Below are positions 37,101 through 52,100 of a DNA stretch of 64,000 bases, piece after piece (position 1 is the stretch's first letter; each line of letters opens with the position of its first letter). The DNA is from Balanoglossus misakiensis (Eukaryota > Animalia > Hemichordata), in NCBI GenBank assembly GCA_040954595.2, contig CM082579.2, positions 13,765,834 to 13,829,833 of the forward strand, read 5' to 3'. Both the position numbers and the translations under genes were made by a program. The notes under the pieces were generated by a model. The model saw only the letters and a program-made list of their open reading frames with translations. It had not been told where the DNA came from and ran no database searches.

Positions 37101-40100
37101 TGCTAATGTAACGATGACATTGATTATGATTCTTTGCATCAGGGTAAATGGCGTAGAAAGCTTTACGATGCATCAGGGTAGATAGTAATGCAAACACTTC
37201 ACTTTGACATGGGTATTAAATGCATATGGGGATTTCAGGTTGTTGAAAAATCTGTGGGTTGATACGTGTCCAAAAGCACTGTACTTTGACATTGCTAATG
37301 CAATGATGACATTGAATCTGATTCTTTGCATCAGGGTAAATGGCGTAGCAAGCTTTATGATGCATCAGGGTAGATAGTGATGCAATCACTTCACTTTGAC
37401 ATGGGTATTAAATGCATATGGGGATTTCAAGTTGATGATAAATCCCTGGGTTAATACGTGTCCAAAAGCAATGTACTTTGACATTGCTAATGTAACGATG
37501 ACATTGAATCTGATTCTTTGCATCAGGGTAAATGGCGTAGCAAGCTTTATGATGCATCAGGGTAGATAGTGATGCAAACACTTCACTTTGACATGGGTAT
37601 TAAATGCATATGGGGAATTCAGGTTGTTGAAAAATCTGTGGGTTAATATGTGTCGAAAAGCACTGTACTTTGACATTGCTAATGCAATGATGACATTGAA
37701 TCTGATTCTTTGCATCAGGGTAAATGGCGTAGCAAGGTTTATGATGCATCAGGGTAGATAGTGATGCAAACACTTCACTTTGACATGGGTATAAAATGCC
37801 TACAGGGGGATTTAAAGTTGTCTGTAAATCCCTGGGTTAATACGTGTCCAAAAGCACTGTACTTTGACATTGCTAATGCAACGATGACATTGAATCTGAT
37901 TCTTTGCATCAGGGTAAATGGCGAAGCAAGGTTGATGATGCATCAGGGTAGATAGTGATGCAAGCTCTGCACTTTGACATGGGTATAAAATGCCTACAGG
38001 GGGATTTAAAGTTGTCTGTAAATCCCTGGGTTAATACGTGGCGGATAGCACTGTACTTTGACATTGCATATGCAATGGTGACATTGAATGGGATTCTTTG
38101 CATTAGGGCAAATGGCGAAGCAAGCTCAATGATGCATCAGAGTAGATGGTGATGCAAACTGTGCACTTTCACATGGGTATTTAATGTTAAATGTAAATCC
38201 ATAGGTTAATACGTGGCCAAAAGCACTCTAATTTGACATTGCTAATGGAACGATGACATTGAATCTGATTCTTTGCATCAGGGCAAATGGCGAAGCAAGG
38301 TTGATGATGCATCAGGGTAGATAGTGATGCAATCACTTCACTTTAACATGGGTATTAAATGCATATGGGGATTTCAGGTTGTTGAAAAATCTGTGGGTTA
38401 ATACGTGTCGAAAAGCACTGTACTTTGACATTGCTAATGCAATGATGACATTGAATCTGATTCTTTGCATCAGGGTAAATGGCGTAGCAAGCTTTATGAT
38501 GCATCAGGGTAGATAGTGATGCAAACACTTCACTTTGACATGGGTATTAAATGCATATGGGGATTTCAGGTTGTTGAAAAATCTGTGGGTTAATACGTGT
38601 GGAAAAGCACTGTACTTTGACATTGCTAATGCAATGATGACATTGAATCTGATTCTTTGCATCAGGGTAAATGGCGTAGCAAGCTTTATGATGCATCAGG
38701 GTAGATAGTGATGCAAACACTTCACTTTGACATGGGTATAAAATGCCTACAGGGGAATTTAAAGTTGTCTGTAAATCCCTGGGTTAATACGTGTCCAAAA
38801 GCACCGTACTTTGACATTGCTAATGCAACGATGACATTGAATCTGATTCTTTGCATCATGGTAAATGGCGAAGCAAGGTTGATGATGCATCAGGGTAGAT
38901 AGTGATGCAAGCTCTGCACTTTGACATGGGTATAAAATGCCTACAGGGGGATTTAAAGTTGTCTGTAAATCCCTGGGTTAATACGTGGCGGATAGCACTG
39001 TACTTTGACATTGCATATGCAATGGTGACATTGAATGGGATTCTTTGCATTAGGGCAAATGGCGAAGCAAGCTCAATGATGCATCAGAGTAGATGGTGAT
39101 GCAAACTGTGCACTTTCACATGGGTATTTAATGTTAAATGTAAATCCATAGGTTAATACGTGGCCAAAAGCACTCTAATTTGACATTGCTAATGGAACGA
39201 TGACATTGAATCTGATTCTTTGCATCAGGGCAAATGGCGAAGCAAGGTTGATGATGCATCAGGGTAGATAGTGATGCAATCACTTCACTTTGACATTGGT
39301 ATTAAATGCATATGGGGATTTCAAGTTGATGATAAATCCCTGGGTTAATACGTGTCCAAAAGCACTGTACTTTGACATTGCTAATGCAACGATGACATTG
39401 AATCTGATTCTTTGCATCAGGGTAAATGGCGTAGCAAGGTTGATGATGCATCAGGGTAGATAGTGATGCAATCACTTAACTTTGACATGGGTATTAAATG
39501 CATATGGGGATTTCAAGTTGATGATAAATCCCTGGGTTAATACGTGTCCAAAAGCACTGTACTTTGACATTGCTAATGTAACGATGACATTGAATCTGAT
39601 TCTTTGCATCTGGGCAAATGGCGAAGCAAGCTTTATATTGCATCAGGGTAGATAGTGATGCAAACACTTCACTTTGACATGGGTATTAAATGCATATGGG
39701 GATTTCAAGTTGATGATAAATCCCTGGGTTAATACGTGTCCAAAAGCACTGTACTTTGACATTGCTAATGTAACGATGACATTGATTATGATTCTTTGCA
39801 TCAGAGTAAATGGCGTAGAAAGCTTTATGATGCATCAGGGTAGATAGTAATGCAAACACTTCACTTTGACATGGGTATTAAATGCATATGGGGATTTCAG
39901 GTTGTTGAAAAATCTGTGGGTTAATACGTGTCCAAAAGCACTGTACTTTGACATTGCTAATGCAACGATGACATTGAATCTGATTCTTTGCATCAGGGTA
40001 AATGGCGTAGCAAGCTTTATGATGCATCAGGGTAGATAGTAATGCAAACACTTCACTTTGACATGGGTATTAAATGCATATGGGGATTTCAGGTTGTTGA

Positions 40101-43100
40101 AAAATCTGTGGGTTAATACGTGTCGAACAGCACTGTACTTTGACATTGCTAATGCAATGATGACATTGAATCTGATTCTTTGCATCAGGGTAAATGGCGT
40201 AGCAAGCTTTATGATGCATCAGGGTAGATAGTGATGCAAACACTTCACTTTGACATGGGTATAAAATGCCTACAGGGGGATTTAAAGTTGTCTGTAAATC
40301 CCTGGGTTAATACGTGTCCAAAAGCACTGTACTTTGACATTGCTAATGCAGCGATGACATTGAATCTGATTCTTTGCATCAGGGTATATGGCGTAGCAAG
40401 CTTTATGATGCATCAGGGTAGATAGTGATGCAAACATTTCACTTTGACATGGGTATTAAATGCATATGGGGATTTCAGGTTGTTGAAAAATCTGTGGGTT
40501 AATACGTGTCCAAAAGCACTGTACTTTGACATTGCTAATGCAACGATGACATTGAATCTGATTCTTTGCATCAGGGTAAATGGCGAAGCAAGGTTGATGA
40601 TGCATCAGGGTAGATAGTGATGCAAGCTCTGCACTTTGACATGGGTATAAAATGCCTACAGGGGGATTTAAAGTTGTCTGTAAATCCCTGGGTTAATACG
40701 TGGCGGATAGCACTGTACTTTGACATTGCATATGCAATGGTGACATTGAATGGGATTCTTTGCATTAGGGCAAATGGCGAAGCAAGCTCAATGATGCATC
40801 AGAGTAGATGGTGATGCAAACTGTGCACTTTCACATGGGTATTTAATGTTAAATGTAAATCCATAGGTTAATACGTGGCCAAAAGCACTCTAATTTGACA
40901 TTGCTAATGGAACGATGACATTGAATCTGATTCTTTGCATCAGGGCAAATGGCGAAGCAAGGTTGATGATGCATCAGGGTAGATAGTGATGCAATCACTT
41001 CACTTTAACATGGGTATTAAATGCATATGGGGATTTCAGGTTGTTGAAAAATCTGTGGGTTAATACGTGTCGAAAAGCACTGTACTTTGACATTGCTAAT
41101 GCAATGATGACATTGAATCTGATTCTTTGCATCAGGGTAAATGGCGTAGCAAGCTTTATGATGCATCAGGGTAGATAGTGATGCAAACACTTCACTTTGA
41201 CATGGGTATTAAATGCATATGGGGATTTCAGGTTGTTGAAAAATCTGTGGGTTAATACGTGTGGAAAAGCACTGTACTTTGACATTGCTAATGCAATGAT
41301 GACATTGAATCTGATTCTTTGCATCAGGGTAAATGGCGTAGCAAGCTTTATGATGCATCAGGGTAGATAGTGATGCAAACACTTCACTTTGACATGGGTA
41401 TAAAATGCCTACAGGGGAATTTAAAGTTGTCTGTAAATCCCTGGGTTAATACGTGTCCAAAAGCACCGTACTTTGACATTGCTAATGCAACGATGACATT
41501 GAATCTGATTCTTTGCATCAGGGTAAATGGCGAAGCAAGGTTGATGATGCATCAGGGTAGATAGTGATGCAAGCTCTGCACTTTGACATGGGTATAAAAT
41601 GCCTACAGGGGGATTTAAAGTTGTCTGTAAATCCCTGGGTTAATACGTGGCGGATAGCACTGTACTTTGACATTGCATATGCAATGGTGACATTGAATGG
41701 GATTCTTTGCATTAGGGCAAATGGCGAAGCAAGCTCAATTATGCATCAGAGTAGATGGTGATGCAAACTCTGCACTTTCACATGGGTATTTAATGTTAAA
41801 TGTAAATCCATAGGTTAATACGTGGCCAAAAGCACTCTAATTTGACATTGCTAATGGAACGATGACATTGAATCTGATTCTTTGCATCAGGGCAAATGGC
41901 GAAGCAAGGTTGATGATGCATCAGGGTAGATAGTGATGCAATCACTTCACTTTGACATTGGTATTAAATGCATATGGGGATTTCAAGTTGATGATAAATC
42001 CCTGGGTTAATACGTGTCCAAAAGCACTGTACTTTGACATTGCTAATGCAACGATGACATTGAATCTGATTCTTTGCATCAGGGTAAATGGCGTAGCAAG
42101 CTTTATGATGCATCAGGGCAGATAGTGATGCAAACACTTCACTTTGTCATGGGTATTAAATGCATATGGGGATTTCAGGTTGTTGAAAAATCTGTGGGTT
42201 AATACGTGTCCAAAAGCACTGTACTTTGACATTGCTAATGCAACGATGACATTGAATCTGATTCTTTGCATCAGGGTAAATGGCGTAGCAAGCTTCATGA
42301 CGCATCAGGGTAGATAGTGATGCAAACACTTCACTTTGACATGGGTATAAAATTCCTACAGGGGGATTTAAAGTTGTCTGTAAATCCCTGGGTTAATACG
42401 TGTCCAAAAACACTGTACTTTGACATTGCTAATGCAGCGATGACATTGAATCTGATTCTTTGCATCAGGGTAAATGGGGAAGCAAGGTTGATGATGCATC
42501 ACGGTAGATAGTGATGCAAGCTCTTCACTTTGACATGTGTATAAAATGCCTACAGGGGGATTTAAAGTTGTCTGTAAATCCCTGGGTTAATACGTGGCTG
42601 AAAGCACTGTACTTTGACATTGCATATGCAATGGTGACATTGAATGGGATTCTTTGCATTAGGGCAAATGGCGAAGCAAGCTCAATGATGCATCAGAGTA
42701 GATGGTGATGCAAACTCTGCACTTTCACATGGGTATTTAATGTTAAATGTAAATCCATAGGTTAATACGTGGCCAAAAGCACTCTAATTTAACATTGCTA
42801 ATGGAACGATGACATTGAATCTGATTCTTTGCATCAGGGCAAATGGCGAAGCAAGGTTGATGATGCATCAGGGTAGATAGTGATGCAATCACTTCACTTT
42901 GACATTGGTATTAAATGCATATAGGGGTTTCAAGTTGATGATAAATCCCTGGGTTAATACGTGTCCAAAAGCACTGTACTTTGACATTGCTAATGCAACG
43001 ATGACATTGAATCTGATTCTTTGCATCAGGGTAAATGGCGTAGCAAGCTTTATGATGCATCAGGGTAGATAGTGATGCAAACACTTCACTTTGTCATGGG

Positions 43101-46100
43101 TATTAAATGCATATGGGGATTTCAGGTTGTTGAAAAATCTGTGGGTTAATACGTGTCCAAAAGCACTGTACTTTGACATTGCTAATGCAACGATGACATT
43201 GAATCTGATTCTTTGCATCAGGGTAAATGGCGTAGCAAGCTTTATGACGCATCAGGGTAGATAGTGATGCAAACACTTCACTTTGACATGGGTATAAAAA
43301 GCCTAAAGGGGGATTTAAAGTTGTCTGTAAATCCCTGGGTTAATACGTGTCCAAAAACACTGTACTTTGACATTGCTAATGCAACGATGACATTGAATCT
43401 GATTCTTTGCATCAGGGTAAATGGCGTAGCAAGCTTCATGACGCATCAGGGTAGATAGTGATGCAAACACTTCACTTTGACATGGGTATAAAATTCCTAC
43501 AGGGGGATTTAAAGTTGTCTGTAAATCCCTGGGTTAATACGTGTCCAAAAACACTGTACTTTGACATTGCTAATGCAGCGATGACATTGAATCTGATTCT
43601 TTGCATCAGGGTAAATGGGGAAGCAAGGTTGATGATGCATCACGGTAGATAGTGATGCAAGCTCTTCACTTTGACATGTGTATAAAATGCCTACAGGGGG
43701 ATTTAAAGTTGTCTGTAAATCCCTGGGTTAATACGTGGCTGAAAGCACTGTACTTTGACATTGCATATGCAATGGTGACATTGAATGGGATTCTTTGCAT
43801 TAGGGCAAATGGCGAAGCAAGCTCAATGATGCATCAGAGTAGATGGTGATGCAAACTCTGCACTTTCACATGGGTATTTAATGTTAAATGTAAATCCATA
43901 GGTTAATACGTGGCCAAAAGCACTCTAATTTAACATTGCTAATGGAACGATGACATTGAATCTGATTCTTTGCATCAGGGCAAATGGCGAAGCAAGGTTG
44001 ATGATGCATCAGGGTAGATAGTGATGCAATCACTTCACTTTGACATTGGTATTAAATGCATATAGGGGTTTCAAGTTGATGATAAATCCCTGGGTTAATA
44101 CGTGTCCAAAAGCACTGTACTTTGACATTGCTAATGCAACGATGACATTGAATCTGATTCTTTGCATCAGGGTAAATGGCGTAGCAAGCTTTATGATGCA
44201 TCAGGGTAGATAGTGATGCAAACACTTCACTTTGTCATGGGTATTAAATGCATATGGGGATTTCAGGTTGTTGAAAAATCTGTGGGTTAATACGTGTCCA
44301 AAAGCACTGTACTTTGACATTGCTAATGCAACGATGACATTGAATCTGATTCTTTGCATCAGGGTAAATGGCGTAGCAAGCTTTATGACGCATCAGGGTA
44401 GATAGTGATGCAAACACTTCACTTTGACATGGGTATAAAAAGCCTAAAGGGGGATTTAAAGTTGTCTGTAAATCCCTGGGTTAATACGTGTCCAAAAACA
44501 CTGTACTTTGACATTGCTAATGCAGCGATGACATTGAATCTGATTCTTTGCATCAGGGTAAATGGCGAAGCAAGGTTGATTATGCATCAGGGTAGATAGT
44601 GATGCAAGCTCTGCACTTTGACATGGGTATAAAATGCCTACAGGGGGATTTAAAGTTGTCTGTAAATCCCTGGGTTAATACGTGGCTGAAAGCACTGTAC
44701 TTTGACATTGCATATGCAATGGTGACATTGAATGGGATTCTTTGCATTAGTGCAAATGGCGAAGCAAGCTCAATGATGCATCAGAGTAGATGGTGATGCA
44801 AACTCTGCACTTTCACATGGGTATTTAATGTTAAATGTAAATCCATAGGTTAATACGTGGCCAAAAGCACTCTAATTTGACATTGCTAATGCAACGATGA
44901 CATTGAATCTGATTCTTTGCATCTGGGCAAATGGCGAAGCTAGGTTGATGATGCATCAGGGTAGATAGTGATGCAATCACTTCACTTTGACATGGGTATT
45001 AAATGCATATGGGGATTTCAAGTTGATGATAAATCCCTGGGTTAATACGTGTCCAAAAGCACTGTACTTTGACATTGCTAATGTAACGATGACATTGAAT
45101 CTGATTCTTTGCATCAGGGTAAATGGCGTAGCAAGCTTTATGATGCATCAGGGTAGATAGTGATGCAAACACTTCACTTTGTCATGGGTATTAAATGCAT
45201 ATGGGGATTTCAGGTTGTTGAAAAATCTGTGGGTTAATACGTGTCCAAAAGCACTGTACTTTGACATTGCTAATGCAACGATGACATTGAATCTGATTCT
45301 TTGCATCAGGGTAAATGGCGTAGCAAGCTTTATGACGCATCAGGGTAGATAGTGATGCAAACACTTCACTTTGACATGGGTATAAAATGCCTACAGGGGG
45401 ATTTAAAGTTGTCTGTAAATCCCTGGGTTAATACGTGTCCAAAAACACTGTACTTTGACATTGCTAATGCAGCGATGACATTGAATCTGATTCTTTGCAT
45501 CAGGGTAAATGGGGAAGCAAGGTTGATGATGCATCAGGGTAGATAGTGATGCAAGCTCTGCACTTTGACATGTGTATAAAATGCCTACAGGGGTATTTAA
45601 AGTTGTCTGTAAATCCCTGGGTTAATACGTGGCTGAAAGCACTGTACTTTGACATTGCATATGCAATGGTGACATTGAATGGGATTCTTTGCATTAGGGC
45701 AAATGGCGAAGCAAGCTCAATGATGCATCAGAGTAGATGGTGATGCAAACTCTGCACTTTCACATGGGTATTTAATGTTAAATGTAAATCCATAGGTTAA
45801 TACGTGGCCAAAAGCACTCTAATTTGACATTGCTAATGGAACGATGACATTGAATCTGATTCTTTGCATCAGGGCAAATGGCGAAGCAAGGTTGATGATG
45901 CATCAGGGTAGATAGTGATGCAATCACTTCACTTTGACATTGGTATTAAATGCATATGGGGATTTCAAGTTGATGATAAATCCCTGGGTTAATACGTGTC
46001 CAAAAGCACTGTACTTTGACATTGCTAATGTAACGATGACATTGAATCTGATTCTTTGCATCAGGGTAAATGGCGTAGCAAGCTTTATGATGCATCAGGG

Positions 46101-49100
46101 TAGATAGTGATGCAAACACTTCACTTTGACATGGGTATTAAATGCATATGGGGATTTCAGGTTGTTGAAAAATCTGTGGGTTAATACGTGTCGAAAAGCA
46201 CTGTACTTTGACATTGCTAATGCATTGATGACATTGAATCTGATTCTTTGCATCAGGGTAAATGGCGTAGCAAGCTTTATGATGCATCAGGGTAGATAGT
46301 GATGCAAACACTTCACTTTGACATGGGTGTAAAATGCCTACAGGGGGATTTAAAGTTGTCTGTAAATCCCTGGGTTAATACGTGTCCAAAAGCACTGTAC
46401 TTTGACATTGCTAATGCAACGATGACATTGAATCTGATTCTTTGCATCAGGGTAAATGGCGAAGCAAGGTTGATGATGCATCAGGGTAGATAGTGATGCA
46501 AGCTCTGCACTTTGACATGGGTATTTAATGTTAAATGTAAATCCATAGGTTAATACGTGGCCAAAAGCACTCTAATTTGACATTGCTAATGCAACGATGA
46601 CATTGAATCTGATTCTTTGCATCAGGGCAAATGGCGAAGCAAGGTTGATGATGCATCAAGGTAGATAGTGATGCAATCACTTCACTTTGACACTTTAATA
46701 CGTGTCGGTAAATGGCGTAGCAAGCTTTATGATGCATCAGGGTAGATAGTGATGCAAACACTTCACTTTGACATGGGTATTAAATGCATATGGGGGTTTC
46801 AGGTTGTTGAAAAATCTGTGGGTTAATACGTGTCCAAAAGCACTGTACTTTGACATTGCTAATGCAATGATGACATTGAATATGATTCTTTGCATCAGGG
46901 TAAATGGCGTAGCAAGCTTTATGATGCATCAGGGTAGATAGTGTTGCAAACACTTCACTTTGACATGGGTATAAAATGCCTACAGGGGGATTTAAAGTTG
47001 TCTGTAAATCCCTGAGTTAATACGTGTCCAAAAGCACTGTACTTTGACATTGCTAATGCAACGATGACATTGAATCTGATTCTTTGCATCAGGGTAAATG
47101 GCGAAGCAAGGTTGATTATGCATCAGGGTAGATAGTGATGCAAGCTCTGCACTTTGACATGGGTTTAAAATGCCTACAGGGGGATTTAAAGTTGTCTGTA
47201 AATCCCTGGGTTAATACGTGGCGGAAAGCACTGTACTTTGACATTGCATGGCGAAGCAAGCTCAATGATGCATCAGAGTAGATGGTGATGCAAACTCTGC
47301 ACTTTCACATGGGTATTTAATGTTAAATGTAAATCCATAGGTTAATACGTGCCAAAAGCACTCTAATTTGACATTGCTAATGCAACGATGACATTGAATC
47401 TGATTCTTTGCATCAGGGCAAATGGCGAAGCAAGGTTGATGATGCATCAGGATAGATAGTGATGCAATCACTTCACTTTGACATGGGTATTAAATGCATA
47501 TGGGGATTTCAAGTTGATGATAAATCCCTGGGTTAATACGTGTCCAAAAGCACTGTACTTTGACATTGCTAATGTAACGATGACATTGAATCTGATTCTT
47601 TGCATCAGGGTAAATGGCGAAGCAAGGTTGATGATGCATCAGGGTAGATAGTGATGCAAGCTCTGCACTTTGACATGGGTATTTAATGTTAAATGTAAAT
47701 CCATAGGTTAATACGTGGCCAAAAGCACTCTAATTTGACATTGCTAATGCAACGATGACATTGAATCTGATTCTTTGCATCAGGGCAAATGGCGAAGCAA
47801 GGTTGATGATGCATCAAGGTAGATAGTGATGCAATCACTTCACTTTGACACTTTAATACGTGTCGGTAAATGGCGTAGCAAGCTTTATGATGCATCAGGG
47901 TAGATAGTGATGCAAACACTTCACTTTGACATGGGTATTAAATGCATATGGGGGTTTCAGGTTGTTGAAAAATCTGTGGGTTAATACGTGTCCAAAAGCA
48001 CTGTACTTTGACATTGCTAATGCAATGATGACATTGAATATGATTCTTTGCATCAGGGTAAATGGCGTAGCAAGCTTTATGATGCATCAGGGTAGATAGT
48101 GTTGCAAACACTTCACTTTGACATGGGTATAAAATGCCTACAGGGGGATTTAAAGTTGTCTGTAAATCCCTGAGTTAATACGTGTCCAAAAGCACTGTAC
48201 TTTGACATTGCTAATGCAACGATGACATTGAATCTGATTCTTTGCATCAGGGTAAATGGCGAAGCAAGGTTGATTATGCATCAGGGTAGATAGTGATGCA
48301 AGCTCTGCACTTTGACATGGGTTTAAAATGCCTACAGGGGGATTTAAAGTTGTCTGTAAATCCCTGGGTTAATACGTGGCGGAAAGCACTGTACTTTGAC
48401 ATTGCATGGCGAAGCAAGCTCAATGATGCATCAGAGTAGATGGTGATGCAAACTCTGCACTTTCACATGGGTATTTAATGTTAAATGTAAATCCATAGGT
48501 TAATACGTGCCAAAAGCACTCTAATTTGACATTGCTAATGCAACGATGACATTGAATCTGATTCTTTGCATCAGGGCAAATGGCGAAGCAAGGTTGATGA
48601 TGCATCAGGATAGATAGTGATGCAATCACTTCACTTTGACATGGGTATTAAATGCATATGGGGATTTCAAGTTGATGATAAATCCCTGGGTTAATACGTG
48701 TCCAAAAGCACTGTACTTTGACATTGCTAATGTAACGATGACATTGAATCTGATTCTTTGCATCAGGGTAAATGGCGTAGCAAGCTTTATGATGCATCAG
48801 GGTAGATAGTGATGCAAACACTTCACTTTGACATCGGTATTAAATGCATATGGGGATTTCAGGTTGTTGAAAAATCTGTGGGTTAATACGTGTCGAAAAG
48901 CACTGTACTTTGACATTGCTAATGCAATGATGACATTGAATCTGATTCTTTGCATCAGGGTAAATGGCGTAGCAAGCTTTATGATGCATCAGGGTAGATA
49001 GTGATGCAAACACTTCACTTTGACATTGGTATAAAATGCCTACAGGGGGATTTAAAGTTGTCTGTAAATCCCTGGGTTAATACGTGTCCAAAAGCACTGT

Positions 49101-52100
49101 ACTTTGACATTGCTAATGCAACGATGACATTGAATCTGATTCTTTGCATCAGGGTAAATGGCGAAGCAAGGTTGATGATGCATCAGGGTAGATAGTGATG
49201 CAAGCTCTGCACTTTGACATGGGTATAAGATGCCTACAGGGAGATTTAAAGTTGTCTGTAAATCCCTGGGTTAATACGTGGCGGAAAGCCCTGTACTTTG
49301 ACATTGCATATGCAATGGTGACATTGAATGGGATTCTTTGCATTAGGGCAAATGGCGAAGCAAGCTCAATGATGCATCAGAGTAGATGGTGATGCAAACT
49401 CTGCACTTTCACATGGGTATTTAATGTTAAATGTAAATCCATAGGTTAATACGTGGCCAAAAGCACTCTAATTTGACATTGCTAATGGAACGATGACATT
49501 GAATCTGATTCTTTGCATCAGGGCAAATGGCGAAGCAAGGTTGATGATGCATCAGGGTAGATAGTGATGCAATCACTTCACTTTGACATGGGTATTAAAT
49601 GCACATGGGGATTTCAGGTTGTTGAAAAATCTGTGGGTTAATACGTGTCCAAAAGCACTGTACTTTGACATTGCTAATGCAACGATGACATTGAATCTGA
49701 TTCTTTGCATCAGGGTAAATGGCGTAGCAAGCTTTATGACGCATCAGGGTAGATAGTGATGCAAACACTTTACTTTGACATGGGTATTAAATGCATATGG
49801 GGATTTCAGGTTGTTGAAAAATCTGTGGGTTAATACGTGTCCAAAAGCACTGTACTTTGACATTGCTAATGCAATGATGACATTGAATCTGATTCTTTGC
49901 ATCAGGGTAAATGGCGTAGCAAGCTTTATGACGCATCAGGGTAGATAGTGATGCAAACACTTCACTTTGACATGGGTATAAAATGCCTACAGGGGGATTT
50001 AAAGTTGTCTGTAAATCCCTGGGTTAATACGTGGCGGAAAGCCCTGTACTTTGACATTGCATATGCAATGGTGACATTGAATGGGATTCTTTGCATTAGG
50101 GCAAATGGCGAAGCAAGCTCAATGATGCATCAGAGTAGATGGTGATGCAAACTCTGCACTTTCACATGGGTATTTAATGTTAAATGTAAATCCATAGGTT
50201 AATACGTGGCCAAAAGCACTCTAATTTGACATTGCTAATGGAACGATGACATTGAATCTGATTCTTTGCATCAGGGCAAATGGCGAAGCAAGGTTGATGA
50301 TGCATCAGGGTAGATAGTGATGCAATCACTTCACTTTGACATGGGTATTAAATGCACATGGGGATTTCAGGTTGTTGAAAAATCTGTGGGTTAATACGTG
50401 TCCAAAAGCACTGTACTTTGACATTGCTAATGCAACGATGACATTGAATCTGATTCTTTGCATCAGGGTAAATGGCGTAGCAAGCTTTATGACGCATCAG
50501 GGTAGATAGTGATGCAAACACTTCACTTTGACATGGGTATTAAATGCATATGGGGATTTCAGGTTGTTGAAAAATCTGTGGGTTAATACGTGTCCAAAAG
50601 CACTGTACTTTGACATTGCTAATGCAATGATGACATTGAATCTGATTCTTTGCATCAGGGTAAATGGCGTAGCAAGCTTTATGACGCATCAGGGTAGATA
50701 GTGATGCAAACACTTCACTTTGACATGGGTATAAAATGCCTACAGGGGGATTTAAAGTTGTCTGTAAATCCCTGGGTTAATACGTGTCCAAAAGCACTGT
50801 ACTTTGACATTGCTAATGCAACGATGACATTGAATCTGATTCTCTGCATCAGGGCAAATGGCGAAGCAAGGTTGATGATGCATCAGGGTAGATAGTCATG
50901 CAATCACTTCACTTTGACATTGGTATTAAATGCATATGGGGATTTCAAGTTGATGATAAATCCCTGGGTTAATACGTGTCCAAAAGCACTGTACTTTGAC
51001 ATTGCTAATGCAACGATGACATTGAATCTGATTCTTTGCATCAGGGTATATGGCGTAGCAAGCTTTATGATGCATCAGGGTAGATAGTGATGCAAACACT
51101 TCACTTTGACATGGGTATTAAATGCATATGGGGATTTCAGGTTGTTGAAAAATCTGTGGGTTAATACGTGTCCAAAAGCACTGTACTTTGCCATTGCTAA
51201 TGCAACGATGACATTGAATCTGATTCTTTGCATCAGGGTAAATGGCGTAGCAAGCTTTATGACGCATCAGGGTAGATAGTGATGCAAACACTTCACTTTG
51301 ACATGGGTATAAAATGCCTACAGGGGGATTTAAAGTTGTCTGTAAATCCCTGGGTTAATACGTGGCTGAAAGCACTGTACTTTGACATTGCATATGCAAT
51401 GGTGACATTGAATGGGATTCTTTGCATTAGGGCAAATGGCGAAGCAAGCTCAATGATGCATCAGAGTAGATGGTGATGCAAACTCTGCACTTTCACATGG
51501 GTATTTAATGTTAAATGTAAATCCATAGGTTAATACGTGGCCAAAAGCACTCTAATTTGACATTGCTAATGCAACGATGACATTGAATCTGATTCTTTGC
51601 ATCTGGGCAAATGGCGAAGCAAGGTTGATGATGCATCAGGGTAGATAGTAATGCAATCACTTCACTTTGACATGGGTATTAAATGCATATGGGGATTTCA
51701 AGTTGATGATAAATCCCTGGGTTAATACGTGTCCAAAAGCACTGTACTTTGACATTGCTAATGTAACGATGACATTGAATCTGATTCTTTGCATCAGGGT
51801 AAATGGCGTAGCAAGCTTTATGATGCATCAGGGTAGATAGTGATGCAAACACTTCACTTTGACATGGGTATTAAATGCATATGGGGATTTCAGGTTGTTG
51901 AAAAATCTGTGGGTTAATACGTGTCGAAAAGCACTGTACTTTGACATTGCTAATGCAACGATGACATTGAATCTGATTCTTTGCATCTGGGCAAATGGCG
52001 AAGCAAGGTTGATTATGCATCAGGGTAGATAGTGATGCAAGCCCTTCACTTTGACATGTGTATAAAATGCCTACAGGGGGATTTAAAGTTGTCTGTAAAT

